DNA from: Auanema rhodensis
Taxonomy: Eukaryota; Animalia; Nematoda
Direction of reading: 5' to 3'
NCBI GenBank assembly: GCA_964057225.1
Contig: OZ059896.1
Coordinates: 6,262,001 to 6,326,000, forward strand
Length of the DNA: 64,000 bases
Shown: positions 37,135 to 59,299 of the stretch, piece by piece
Layout of the letters: every line of letters starts with the position of its first letter
Position numbering within the stretch: the first letter of the stretch is position 1
Position numbers and translations under genes: made by a program
Notes under the pieces: model-generated
Seen by the model: the letters and a program-made list of their open reading frames with translations, nothing else
Told to the model about the DNA's origin: nothing
Databases searched by the model: none

Positions 37135-39192
37135 ATACTTGTAACTGCAATGACATGTAAATTAATAATTTTTTATATTTTCTGCACTAATTCAATGTTT
37201 ATCAATGTTTATCAAATCTTTTTTTCTTTTTTTAAATTTTAGTAGTATTTGATCTTTAGTAATTATAATAAAATAATAATAATTTGAATTTCATCAATGA
37301 ATCTAAGAGCTCAAGCTTAGATTACCAATTGTTTTGTAGGTACTGGGGCCAGAAATCAAACTGACAAATAGCTTGGATGAGGAATGTGAAAGGGAAAATA
37401 TGATAGAGAGATACAGTATTAGTTAGATTAAAAGGTTAAAAGAATAGATTTTTTTCGATTATAAGGAAAATAAAAAGAAAAATGATCAAAAGACAAGCTT
37501 ATTGAGGAGAATCAGAAGAGGATAAAGAGAGGAAGGGTCAAACACTTCATATCGGTATATTCTTACAGTTTTGCCCTTGTTCTGATGATGGTTAACGGTT
37601 TCTTCAGCTCATTCAGCGCTATGTGATCGCATGTCTGTCAGTTGAACTGTCTGTTTGCCTGTCTGTTAGTTCTATCGATTGTGGACAAACGTCGTTAGCC
37701 CGACAACCTATCGAAGCCTCAGATTCAATCCGCATGATGATGGCGGTACTGTGTGTATATATGTGTCTGTGTGTATGGCTTCTTTAACTTCATCTCTCTT
37801 CGTTTACGGTCTCATCGTTGTCTGTCTTCCTGGACAAACAGCAAGAGAGGCATTGATTCAATTGTAGTGCAGACAGAAAGAGAGAAAAAGAAAGGAAATA
37901 AGTGAGAGATATAACGATAGAATACGAAAGAAAATTGAAGAGAAAAGGAAAAAAATGAACAAGAGAATCAGATTGGTAAAGGCAAGGTGAAGCTAAAGCA
38001 CTCTACGTCGTTCGGCCAAGACTTGACCATTCACCCTTTACAGCATTTTTTTCTTCAAATTCTGTAAAAATTTAATTTTATAGATTAATTTTGAATAATT
38101 ATAACTTATTTATATTTCTTATATCTTGTTTTCCATTATACTATACATTTCTTTTGACACGTAAAATGTCAAAAAAAAACTTCAGTCTTCTCTGTTTAAT
38201 ATCATGAAAAGATAATTAAATTTTAACCTATATCTTTTTTTTTATTATATTAAAAAATAATCTTTAGTTCTTATAACGTTGTAAATGTAATATTAATGTA
38301 ATTTTCTTGGCACCTGCTATTAAGTCTTTTTCCCTTCATAGCTGCCTTTTTTTTTAAATAATTTGCTATTTTTTTAATTTCTAATAGTTTGACATTAAGA
38401 TCCTGTTTTTATTTTTTTTTCAATTTAAATTCTTTAAGTTTGAATGAAAATCAAACAATGTTCTGATTATTACAATCAAATTACTAATTGAAAAGCATGT
38501 ACTTGCTAGTAATTCAGATTTTTAATATTCAACATTTAATTCCATTTTTCATCTTCTTTAACATCCAAACTTTTTTTTCTTTTTACAGTTTGTTTATAGA
38601 TATCTAGTTAGCGTTAGATCTTTTGCAAAGAACCGTACATTAAGTATTGAAAACAAAAGATAACAAGATTAAAAGATAATGAATGTAAAACATTATTGTT
38701 GCAGATTGAAAATGATAATTTGAACTCTCATTACATCCTTATATTATATACTTATTTGAAAGAACAAAATATATTTATATAGTTAAATATATTTGCCATC
38801 TCTATAGCTTTATCTATTTTGTTATAATAGTTTTCCAATTTGTAGCAGATTTGCTTGAGACTCATCATAGTCATAATCCGAACAGATGAGCTGCCATCAC
38901 TTCCTTAGTTTCACATGTTTTATAGATAATCTCACTTTCATACTTATATATTTTAATAACCACACAGGAATTTAAAGATATTCTTGATTTTGAACAAAAG
39001 CTAAACGTAAAAATGTCGATAAATACAAAGTCATGGCTTCGAATTATAGAACACGGGAGGGTAACAGAAGTGAAGGGAAATAGAGGATACATACATGTAC
39101 ATATGTATAGATAGATAGCACGAGAGATGCGAAAAAAGAAAAAAAAGTTACATAGAAAGAAGAGAAAAGGAATTGAGAGGAAGAGGGAAAAA

Positions 39193-39248
39193 GATAGATA
39201 TATAGATAAAGAGAGAGAGAGAGTAGAGAGTACAGTGAGAGAGAGAAT

Positions 39249-39280
<32 letters not shown>
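39193..39280. repeat. Imperfect (GA)n microsatellite
   Basis: gagaga tracts with interruptions, read directly. Confidence 0.9.
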
Positions 39281-39281
<1 letters not shown>

Positions 39282-39951
39282 AATAAGATAGGAATACCCT
39301 GTAATATTGTACAATGTCTTATATTTTACCATCCAATCTATTGACAACACGTTTTAAATTTTGCATTACCTTATGACTTTATTGATATTCAGCATTTATC
39401 AAATATCTCCAAATTTTAACAAATCGTTTATTTCTATAATAATATCTTTATCAATTAACATTTCCAATGAAATTAAATGTCTTATCATTGAATTTTATTA
39501 ACATTTTATTAGACGAACATATTTATATGTTTGTATGAATTAATGAAGATACAATTGATTGACAAAATTTCTTATTGATCCTATTTTTTATATTTTAATA
39601 ATTCTTATTTTCGTATTTTAAATTAATTTTATTCTAAAACTTTTAATGTTTTTATATTTATTCTATATTTAAAACCTTTTTCTTTATTTTTATGGTTTCA
39701 TCTTACTTTTTATGGTAAAATCAACTCTTTAAAACCTTTCCTCTTCTTAATACCTTTGCTGATCATTTACATTTACGACCTTTCACATAAATCTATTCTG
39801 AAAAACTTGTATTTCCTCCTGTGCTTTATTTCATATTTCAACATTTTAGTTAAAGAGGTTTGAAGTAAAACTTAATGATGGATTCTATATTCATTCAGTA
39901 AAGTTAACATTTAATCTTTGAAATTAACGATACGATACTTTCTCACATTAA

Positions 39952-40040
39952 GAAAGAGAGAGAAAAGAGAGAGAGTGAGAAAGGGATAGAGAGAGAAAGA
40001 GAGAGATTAAGATTGAGAGAGAAAGAGAGAGAGAGAGAGT
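39952..40040. repeat. Imperfect (GA)n polypurine tract
   Basis: Read directly. Confidence 0.85.
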
Positions 40041-43000
40041 GAGGAAGTGATAAACCAGTATTGTGGAGGTAGAGAGGAAATTCAGATTTTGATAATGAAG
40101 AACTAGAGTTAGAATAGAAAAATGGAGAAATGTTGAGATGAGCTTGAAGGAAGGCGGTAGCATCAAAATTTTCAATTTGCTTACGCAAGTCAAACTTGTT
40201 TTTTTTTGTAAAAATTCTCTAATGCTATGTTATCAATAGTGCTCTAGCACATACATATATTTTTATGTTTGCTGTATATTTATTAAATTAATGCTGCTGA
40301 ATCAAATTAAGCTATATTTATAAATATTTTTAAAATAATATTTGTTACTATTATCATTAACTGTATTACTTTTTTGTTAGTCAGAACATGAAATATATTA
40401 GGTTCCTATACACGATCCTGATTTTGCAAACCATTACTCCCAGTATTGGACCGGTTCTGACTTCTATTTTTTGATAACAAGTTTACTTTATTCTTTAACA
40501 ACACATTATTCACATTTTTGCTTGTGAATATAGCTTCTCATTTAAAAAAATGTTTATCATTATAGATATATTCACATATAATATTTAAACTTTTGCAATA
40601 TTTTCTTTATTTTTGAAGAAAATGTCTACAGAAATGATTCAGGTTTTGTTATTATTAATTGAAAATTGAAGATATTTAGCAGAATATTCTTGAAATATCT
40701 GTTTGTAAGTATTTGTTTTCTCTTGATAAGTAAATGAAAAAAACTTTCTTTTACAAAATAATATTTATAAATTATAAGAAAACTATAAGATTTACCTATA
40801 TAACAATAGTAATTACTAAAGATAGTAATGAAACTGCTATCTATTTAAATATATTAATATATTATTTATTTATACAAATTTCTAACAACAACAACAAAAA
40901 AACGTTCCCTGCGATTCAGAATAGCAGTAACAAACAGCTACTACAGCAGAAGCACCGTTAGAATAACAATGCTATCCCCAAAACTTTATTTAGTTTTTTC
41001 TCTGAATTATGTCAGCAATCATTTTTCATCAAGATAATCGAAACATACATAGTATATGTTGTCAATTTTGATGTCCTCATGAAAAAATCATACATTTTCC
41101 CTATCCAATATATATGGAGCATACAGTAGTATGTACGTACATTTTATTCTAGGATATGTTTATAATTCAACTACATCTATTAATCTTTATATAATATTTT
41201 TCATTTCATTTTAACTAATTAAAATATTATTTTTTCCGATATATTATACAATATCAAAATAATGCTATTAGTTAAGCTCAAAGTTATAAGATGAACTATT
41301 ACAGGTTTAGCAAAAATACACGTGTACACATACAATTTGTGACCATGTATTCATATAATTATACTTATTAAATATAAATTTTAATAAAAATATATATTCT
41401 TTATTTTAATTTCCTTTTGTTCTAAAAATATTTTTTGAAAAAAAATTATATATCCATGTTAAAGGAAATGAATAAAAAAACCTTTTTCCCTTTTTATTAA
41501 TGAGAAAATTTATAAACATTTACTAAAAATAAAATGAATAAAATACGTAAATTCATATAAAAGTTATTGTGTAAAATATAATTTGATTGAAAATTGAAAT
41601 ATACTCATTACTATAAACTACATTAACTAAATTTAAAGTAGCAACAAAAACCTAGAAGGTCTTTCTTTGACTACGATTTATGTATGTTGAAACAGGCAAC
41701 TAGGCATATGTATGTATATATGTACATATATGTACATATATAATTCATAGTAACAATATAAATGAAAAGCCAGTTTATTTCTAAGATTATTTGCCTTGAT
41801 AAAAATATTTCACATTTTTTCTGTCTGTAGGCCTACATGCGTGTGATGTATTTATATTATTATATGTTATTGAAAAATTGAAAAAAAGTTTTGTATTTTC
41901 AATTTTTTGTGGAAAAAAAATTTAATATTTTCCTTTTTTTTAACCAAAAAAAGAATTTCTATATATATATTATCTAATTTTATTTTATATAAGTCTAATC
42001 TTTTATAGAAAATAAGGTTAACTCTCTTGAAAGCTTTATGTGAAGGGTATTAGTATATGATACAGCATTGGTAAGTTTGTGATTCTCCTTCATATTCAAT
42101 ACATTATATTTACTTTTATAGTTTCTTAAACAATAATTTAAATACTTTGCTTCATAGTTAGTTTTTATCTGAAAGTGATTCCCATTCAGAATCCTTTTTG
42201 TTTTGTCTTCGATTACTGAACTTCATTTCTTGTAATTCTTTTTTGTCGGATCCAATCGTTTTATTTTCCAAGTATTATAGTTTATTTTTTTCTATAATTT
42301 ATAGCTCATTCTAATTAAGAGTATAACTCTAATTATCTACCTTGCAGCCCCATTTCACCTTGTTGTAGCAACAGCAGTCTCAACAATCGATCGCCCTTTT
42401 CTCTTTTTTCCTTTTCTCTCTGATTCTGTCATCTTCTTCGCCATCTCTAGGTTCTCTGCATTTCAAATCGTGGCAATTTCTATCTACCTGGTTACTAATT
42501 ACTTTTCTCATTTTGGCTTTTTAATTTTTTCAAATGATTTTCATGCTGGATAACAGAAATAGATGCATTCCACTTCTAAAGTCTCAAGTTCGAAATCAAA
42601 CATTATATTACATATTTTGTATTTTCAAAATTGGACAACCAAATATAACAGAAACATGGTATTAAGCTATGGATAACTTGAAAAAAAAACAGACAAAAAT
42701 TATATGCATATATGCAGAGTGGAGGCAAGCTAGAGTGTATATGAATGAATGCAAAAAGCTTATATCATTCTACTACAAGTCAAATTCATTCACTTCTCTT
42801 GTTTCTCTCTTTATTCATTTTTCTCTTTTTCCATTAGTATTTCCTATTTCTCAGTTATACTGTCTTTGTTTCATCTGAAGCTGCGTAACATAAATTGTGA
42901 TCCCGTATCTGCATTTTCTCATATAGTGATAATCCGTTAAGCCGCCAAAAGATAATCCTGCTTTCTTCGCCTCCTTTTTCTGCTGTCCCGCCTTTTCCAA

Positions 43001-43102
43001 TGGCTTCCGATGACGTTTCAGCTTTTCCTGTCAGATCTGTCCAACGGTATCTGCCTAATGATCTCTCTTGCACCCTCTAACTCTCGTTATTCCTTTTTTC
43101 TT

Positions 43103-43114
43103 TCTCTCTCTCCC

Positions 43115-43145
<31 letters not shown>

Positions 43146-43163
43146 TTCTATCTCTCTCTCTTA

Positions 43164-43211
<48 letters not shown>

Positions 43212-43255
43212 CTCTCTCACTCTCTCTCTCACTCTCTCACACTCTCTCTGACTCT
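43103..43255. repeat. Long (TC)n microsatellite / polypyrimidine tract
   Basis: About 150 bp of tctctc with few interruptions. Confidence 0.95.
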
Positions 43256-46219
43256 TTTCATGTTACTCTCTACATACATGTACACATATACATCATTACT
43301 CTCTTTCTGAATCTCTCTGTTTATACTTTTTTCTTTCACTCAATTGTCCTCTCCTTCACTCCTTACTCTCTTTCCTCTCATACACTTCCTAAATTGGATA
43401 TTGCCTCCATACTTTCACAACTGACTTTTCGATAACAACAAAGCTCGCTGTTGTGGAAACATGACTATCAAATCCGGAATGGATCCATGGATTATATTTG
43501 TATTTTTTAAATCTTCCGCGGAAAAATATCAATATGAAATTAGATAATTTATTCATACCGTGTCTATCTGTTCATTATTTATGTATTTTTTATTCAAACA
43601 TATTGCTTTCTTTATATACACTTATACCCAAAGAACAGAAAAAAAAACAAAAAAAAAGATTTATGTAAAAAGAGCACTCAGATATATTTTGAGAACATGG
43701 CACGTACTATAGCTTTTTTTCATTTCCAAAACCTTTGTCAGTACATTCACCGCTCAGAAAAATGTAAAAAGATGTTGTTCACAAGTTGCTGATTTCTCTT
43801 TTAGGGCATTATTATCTTATTTTCTAAATTCTTCCTAATTTTTTGGTATTTTCTTCTATTTTTACTAACGTTCATTTCTATTACGAAGCTTTAATCACTT
43901 CCGTTATGCTTTTAGACAAATATGAATCATATAACTAATCAAATCAATTATAACAGAAGTAATAGAATTCTGAAACAAAATAAATCCCTTGACTATATGT
44001 ATAATAATTAAAATATCTTTTTTTAAACTACTTTTGATTGTAGAAAACTCTATATGGTTTGATTATAATACGGATGCTAGATTTTGTATTGTTATTGTGC
44101 GTTATGGCGAGAATGCTATCTATGACGAATGATGATAAATGAATATGAGATTATTCAAATGACCTATTTCATAAACTAAATTCTCATAAAAAGAATAAAA
44201 AGTAACATATTTCTCTGTATAAAACTATATTTCATACGTGTAAGAATTTCGAGGATATAAATATTGCTTTCTATCCCTCAATTCATTGTATGAACATGCA
44301 AAATAATTTTAGAAGCATACAGCATGATTGACCAATTTCTTGGCATACACTGTTTATATGAATTGATGATGCAGTGTTATTAAAAAAACCCGTCTTGAAT
44401 TAATCAGGCATAGATTACATAAGTTTGATACTTTGAACAGGATGTTTTAGTTATATAAAGTATATATTAATTCTCGATGAATCAATCAAATATATTGTAG
44501 CAATCTTGTAATATAAGCAGAATTAGACGATAGTCCAGTTGTTTCAAATATCCAACTGGCTAAACTATTAATATGATACTTATTAATTGGTCAGTCGAAG
44601 TCGATATTAGTAAAGAAAGGACACAGCAGCCATTTTACACATAGCTTCGGACACTTGCTGTTGATACAGAGTGAAAACGTTTAGATAAATGAAAGATGCT
44701 TTTTTGAATATTTTTTTAAAATATTGCATTAAAACTATTACAATTTAAAAACTACGTATATGGTTATTCATTGGCGTATATTCGGTTTAGCAGCAAATGA
44801 TATTTAAAATTTTCCAGCATCCTGATTTTTTATTATTTATTAAATATTTAGTTTCTTGATTTAATGTATTTAATGTTTTTATTCTGAATTAATTTGAAGT
44901 TTGTTGAAAGATGTGACTTCTGATAGGTGTGAAACCCTCAAATATTGCTTTCTGCTGATGATGATACTTCCCTTTCTGCTCATTTCCGCGCCTGTCCATT
45001 TCCGCTCCATCCTTTTATGGATTCTCTCAGTCCTGGTGGCCATAATAGGAATTGGAATAGTACTATTGGATGTGTGTCTTGCTTCTCTCTTTTTCTCTCT
45101 TTCTCGATTTTTCTGATTGTCTTTCTCTCTCTCATCTTCCTCTCTTGCTCTCTTGCTCACTCTCTAGTTTCTTTCCCACCAATTCCCTCTTCATTTCTCA
45201 TTATATTTTTCCTTTCAATTCCTACATTGGTTGGCTTTATACTTTTCTCTCTAGTTTCTTTTGATCCGTGTAATGCAGTTCGGCTTCACATCTTCATCTT
45301 CATACTCATACTCATCATTATCGCTTTCGTCTTTTTCGTCTTCCCTGACTTCTCATCAGCTCATCCAATTGTCTCATAAATAACGGCTCACAAGTGCTGT
45401 TGACTACCTTTTTTCATTGATTCTCTTTCTTTTTCTCGGGCTGTTATCCCTTCTTCTTTGATTTTCTCACATCTTGCTCATCGGATGTTTCTATCTCAAG
45501 TCTATTGTTTCAATCAAATTTCTTGTTCTGCTATGTTGCACATTATGGACTTTTATATGAAGATTTCTTATTTTTCAGAATTGTTCTCCAGTTTTCAACC
45601 GCCATCCAGCAGTATACCCGGTTAGCGTATTTCTTCATTTGTATCTAAACTTGTGCTCATCTTCATTATTTTACAAATAACGGTTACGCAATATATGATT
45701 TCAATTGAAATTTCATGAATAATCGAATTTCTTCATTCAAGCTGCGTTTTCTTTAATGCTAACTTGAATTGGTATATGATATTTCCTTTAATAGATGACA
45801 GCTTTGAATAGTTTCATTCCTCTTTTAAGTTTCATTTTTTGTAGATTTGTAATCATTTTTCATGGAATCAATCGATAGCGATTTAAATATGAGTGACATA
45901 GGTTTTATTTTTTTTGTCATATTTCATCCTTGCTGAAACGAGCAAGCAGTTATTCATTACATGTTTGAATCATAAGCAGTCTTATTAAAATCATTTCAAA
46001 ACGTTTTGTAAAAAGACAGAAAGCAATGATTGAGAGTTTTCAGACACTTCAAGAACAGTTCGCTATATTGTGAAAACTTATATTCGTTTTTTGCTTCATT
46101 TCCTGTTTAAGCTGCCTTCGAATTTGTTTTGTCTGTTCTTCTCTCCCAGTTATTCAGTAGCTAGTAATTCCATTTAGCTTCTTTAGTTAAAATGGGTGAA
46201 TAAAGAGAAGAAGAACATT

Positions 46220-46221
<2 letters not shown>

Positions 46222-46273
<52 letters not shown>
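46222..46273. repeat. Perfect (TA)n microsatellite, about 26 units
   Basis: Read directly. Confidence 0.97.
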
Positions 46274-46274
<1 letters not shown>

Positions 46275-49200
46275 CAAGTGTGTATATGTAAAATGTTAGG
46301 TAATGAATAAGATAATATTTGCATACATCAGGAAATAGACAAAAGTCTGTTTTATATTGGTTTTTAGTATTTTTCCCACTGTCTACAAGCTCACGAACCC
46401 GTATGATTCTGTCAGACTTCTGCAATTTTCCAATCTTCCGACTCTTGCGTCATATAATATCCGTTCCCATTGCTGCCTCTTCGCCGCAAGCTGTTGATTC
46501 AGCTTTAAAAACACATTTGTTCTACACCCAATAAAGATTTTTCAGATGCGTATCTGATTCTAAAGTCTTGTTGTATTCTGAATAGTTGTTCTCGAATCAC
46601 CTGGTGTATAATTGGTTACTAGGAATAATTAGTCGTTTTGCGCTCGCATTTTTTCTTGGTTTCCTAGGAGAAATTGATCTTTTATTTCCAATTGGAGATG
46701 TATTCAAGAAATATGAGGCTCTTAGTTAGTGCTTGAAACAATGGAAGACGGATTGCCTGTTGCTCAATATCTTCCCATGATGCTAACCTTTCCTAGTCTA
46801 TTAACACTAGAGTGGCCTAAGCATTTAAACTTCTTTTAAACGTAAATTTTGAGAAAAATAACTTTAAAGAAGGAGTGGTTATCTAGACAAACTTATTCTC
46901 TTGAGACAGATCATTTCCTTGGACGCCTTATTCTCATTTTTTCACTTCCAAGACATATGGAGTTTGGAAACCAGCAAGACATAAGTTTCTGACTTAGTAG
47001 TCGGCGAATTACTTCATGCTTATAAGTTTTTACGTTTTTTTCTTTCTTTTTCTTGCAGAAGGCCTACTTGCTTCATATGGCTAGACTCATTATATAATTT
47101 CTTTTCATGCATTTTCTAATAGGACATTTTTTTTCTTTTTACATTTTATTAATCCTGCAATCTTCTTATTTCTGAGATCAAATTAAACAGGGATTTTTCT
47201 GTCGACACTCCGAAAAAATTGATGGTTATTTTTTGCTGTTGACTATTTTATGTTTTCGACCAAATGCTTTAATCGGATCTCTCGTTGACACCTGCACTAC
47301 GTAGGTGTTGATTATGAGATCTTTGCTATGGAAGTGGAAGTTCATTCAAAACCCGCAACCGAAGGTTTTCTACAAATGGTTGAAACTGGAGATGTCGTTG
47401 GGCTTGGCAAGATTTTGTATATTTCTAGCTGTCCGATTCTCTTTATCGGCAATTTCACTGAATTAGACCCGTCTCATAAGCCCTACAACAAGCTGCTTCA
47501 AAAATCTTGAAGCTTGATGTATATAGCGTTTATAATAAGCTGTGTTGCTCTTTAATGCTCAAGAAAATCTAGCATGACCTCCAAATCCATTTTTCAATTT
47601 GTCGCGGATTTGGTCGACTTTCCTGATTCTTATATCTTTCTTTAGAAATTAAATTATAAGTATTTGTCAGCAATAATACTAAAGAAAGATCTTGTTGAAG
47701 TTGTTGGAACACGACTGGTTTGCAAAAATATAAAGAAATTATTTTCTTCTTTCGCATTTTTTCACAAATTATTTATTTCTTCTTGTTTGTTATATTTTCA
47801 ATCTCAACCCAAAGAATTTTGAAATATTTGTTTCTTAAACTGCGTTATCTTCGATGTTCAATCAAATCTAAATGTATATTCATAATATATTTCTTGTTTC
47901 ATTTACCTCCTTTTCATTCACACGCTTAAAAGCATAGCAGATCACAGCAGAGCTTTTACTTTCTTTATTCTAGATGGGTTTCTGTCTGCTTGGCTTGTCA
48001 CCTAGTTAGCAAGCGCGGGAATTTATTCCGTTACTCCTATTACTTCCCACCAGCTCAGCAATGTATTTCAAGAAGAAAGAAGTTTTTTCTTAGAAATTGC
48101 TTTACTCGTGTCCTATTAGCAAGGTAAAGCCCTGTTTTTTGTTTCTAAGACACAGTAGGTCAAGAAGAGGAGATTACATGAAAGCATTTTACTCATTGCT
48201 CCAATACTTTCAAAAGAAAAGGGCGATGCAAATGAAATTGACGTTTTCTGAAATTGTCATATCTTTTTCTGCATGACTTTACGTCATGCAATGTGCTGCC
48301 TAATTGGAATAGCTCACACACATTACACATACATATATATTTTTTTATAACATATATTCTTTTGAAAGTCTGTATGTAGACAAGATCAGCTATTCTCGTG
48401 TTTTAGAGGCTAAAGATGAGCTTATTTCTTTCATTTGTCAATCCGATTCCAGAAAATGGCTCATTTGCTTAATCCCCGATATTATCGTCTTGTTATGCAG
48501 CATATAGCCCTAATTTGGTAAAGTTTTTATGCATATCCTTTCCTCTTTTCAAGCTCAATCTCTGTCGTTTTGAAGGAAGCATACTTTAATTCTATGTGAG
48601 TGCTGAAGATCTTCTCTCTCCTTCGGCTGTTCTCATTGCTCAATTTCTAGACTAATGATTTTTAATATTAAGAACATTTTGTTTCCGGTGGTTGCCTTAG
48701 TTTTACCTGTTATATTTCTGGAAAGATTGTCGATTCGTAGAAATATTTGTCTGTCACCATTGATTTTATTCTGGAGTAATACTCTCAAAAACAAAAGTTG
48801 TCATAAAATTTATATCTGCTTTCGGGTAAACTGAACTTGACTTTCGTTTTACACATTTAATTTTCTTGTTCGTTTTCGTGTTAGCTACTCTTTATGTTCT
48901 GACTTAGTGACTCTCATTTCTTTCTTCACTCTCCAAAGGAAGGATAGAAAAAGAAGGGAGAAGGATCGATTTCGATTAACTTATTACAGCCGCTGGGTGG
49001 GGGCCTGGAGATGGAAGAGAAAAAGAGAAATAGAAAAGAGAAGAGACATAGGAACATGTAGCATAAAAAGCAGATGGAGAAGCAGAGAGCGTCAGAGAGA
49101 GTTAGAAAAAGTATGCCTTCTCTCGTCTCGCCTCGATCGGAGCTCCTCTGGGCGGACTGCTCGCATTTCTCTTTCACTCTCTTTGTGCCTCCTCCCCCAC

Positions 49201-50780
49201 CCCAGATCGCCTCAGGGCACACTGGCTGTTGACTATCGACTGGCCGGCTGAGGGGAGCGGGAAGCGAGCGACTAGAGAAAGTGAGGGAGGCAAATGAGAA
49301 GAGACGAGATAGAGAAATGTCTTTTCTCTCTTTACTCACCTCTATCTCTCTCTCTCCATCTCTTCTCTATCTTTTTTTCTTACATCTATTCCTATGCTCT
49401 CATTCTGTCTCTCTGTCTCTCTATTTTCCGTTTTCTTTTCACGTTTCTCTTTTTCTCTCGTATACAGCCCAGCAGCAGTAGCACAGCAGCAGCTCCGAGC
49501 CCTCCCCCTCGTCGGAGCCGTCGTCAGCCTTTTATCGATATCCACCTAACTCACCTACTCTCTTATGTTTTCTTCTCATTCCTTATTTCCTTTTCTATCT
49601 CATGACTTCTCCATTGCTAATTTTTTATTCTTTTATATATTTTTCCTTAAAGAGCACAAATAATTTCTTATTTTCAGCTTGTCCTCTCCCTAACAAACCG
49701 GGTGATCGGTTAAAGTTAGACTTAACTTCATTTGTCAATCGTTAATTCTTTTTTTTTTATAATATAACAATTTAAGATCATTCACTTAGTAGTGTATAAG
49801 TGTTTTCTTTTTGCTATTTTTCCTTTATTTACTATTTTAAACCAGTTACATGGCGTTTATCATCGATTTACGAAACATACAATTTGATTTTGCCACGAAT
49901 GTTTTTGTTTTAAATTCTTATTAGTTTAAGATATATCTTCAGTTTTAGCACTTTAATTCTGTATTGTTCTCCAATGATTTGCAAAAACTATTCTCCTAAA
50001 AACACCTGCGCGCTTTGGTAAGGTTGAGTATTTATTTGTCCTTCCTCCTGCGAATCTTGGTGAAACTGTATAGGAATAGTGTCTGCTTAGAATGTGCAAG
50101 TTTTTAATATTGTATTCCTGTTCAATTAGCTGTTTTTATTGATTTCTAGATGTTTAGAACTTTGATACCATAAGCTCTGTTTGTTTTTCATATAATTTCA
50201 GCTTCTTATTCAACTTATTACCTATATCTAATTGGTGTACAATAATAGTTTATACTTCAAGTTTTATTTATATAATCCTTGTTAAATTATCAAAATGTGG
50301 TATTCATCATGTTTCATACATTCACTATACATTTATGACGTTTTTTCTTTACCGTAGTTTATAGTTTCATAGATGTATTTAACTATTGATTAGTTATCTA
50401 ATTATCTATCTATTGATTCAAAGCATATTGTAATTTATTTTTTAGTTTGGATGAATAATTTAGATATCGAAAATGCTGCTATGCTTTTATAGCAAGCGCT
50501 CTGATCATACCATTTTCCGCCCATTTCCTTATCAACTTATACAGCTGCAATCTTTTTTGTGTGTCTTGCTCACCTGAATTATATCCGTCAAATCTAGACT
50601 TTTGCTCAGTTTTTTCTCATTCTTTTGTTTTTATTTATTTATGCTCTTGTTATTGATTGATTTGTTCAACTTATTTTTCTGATTTCTGGACTTTATAGGT
50701 CAGTGATCCGTGTGTTATGCAGTTGAGCTGAGCATCAACCACGGGTACCAGACGAGCATTCAACATCATTTGCTACTTCA

Positions 50781-59299
<8,519 letters not shown>

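Noticed and set aside
38871-49605. Many Leu/Ser/Phe- or Arg/Glu-rich ORFs
   Set aside because: Translations of (TC)n/(GA)n microsatellites, which lack stop codons.
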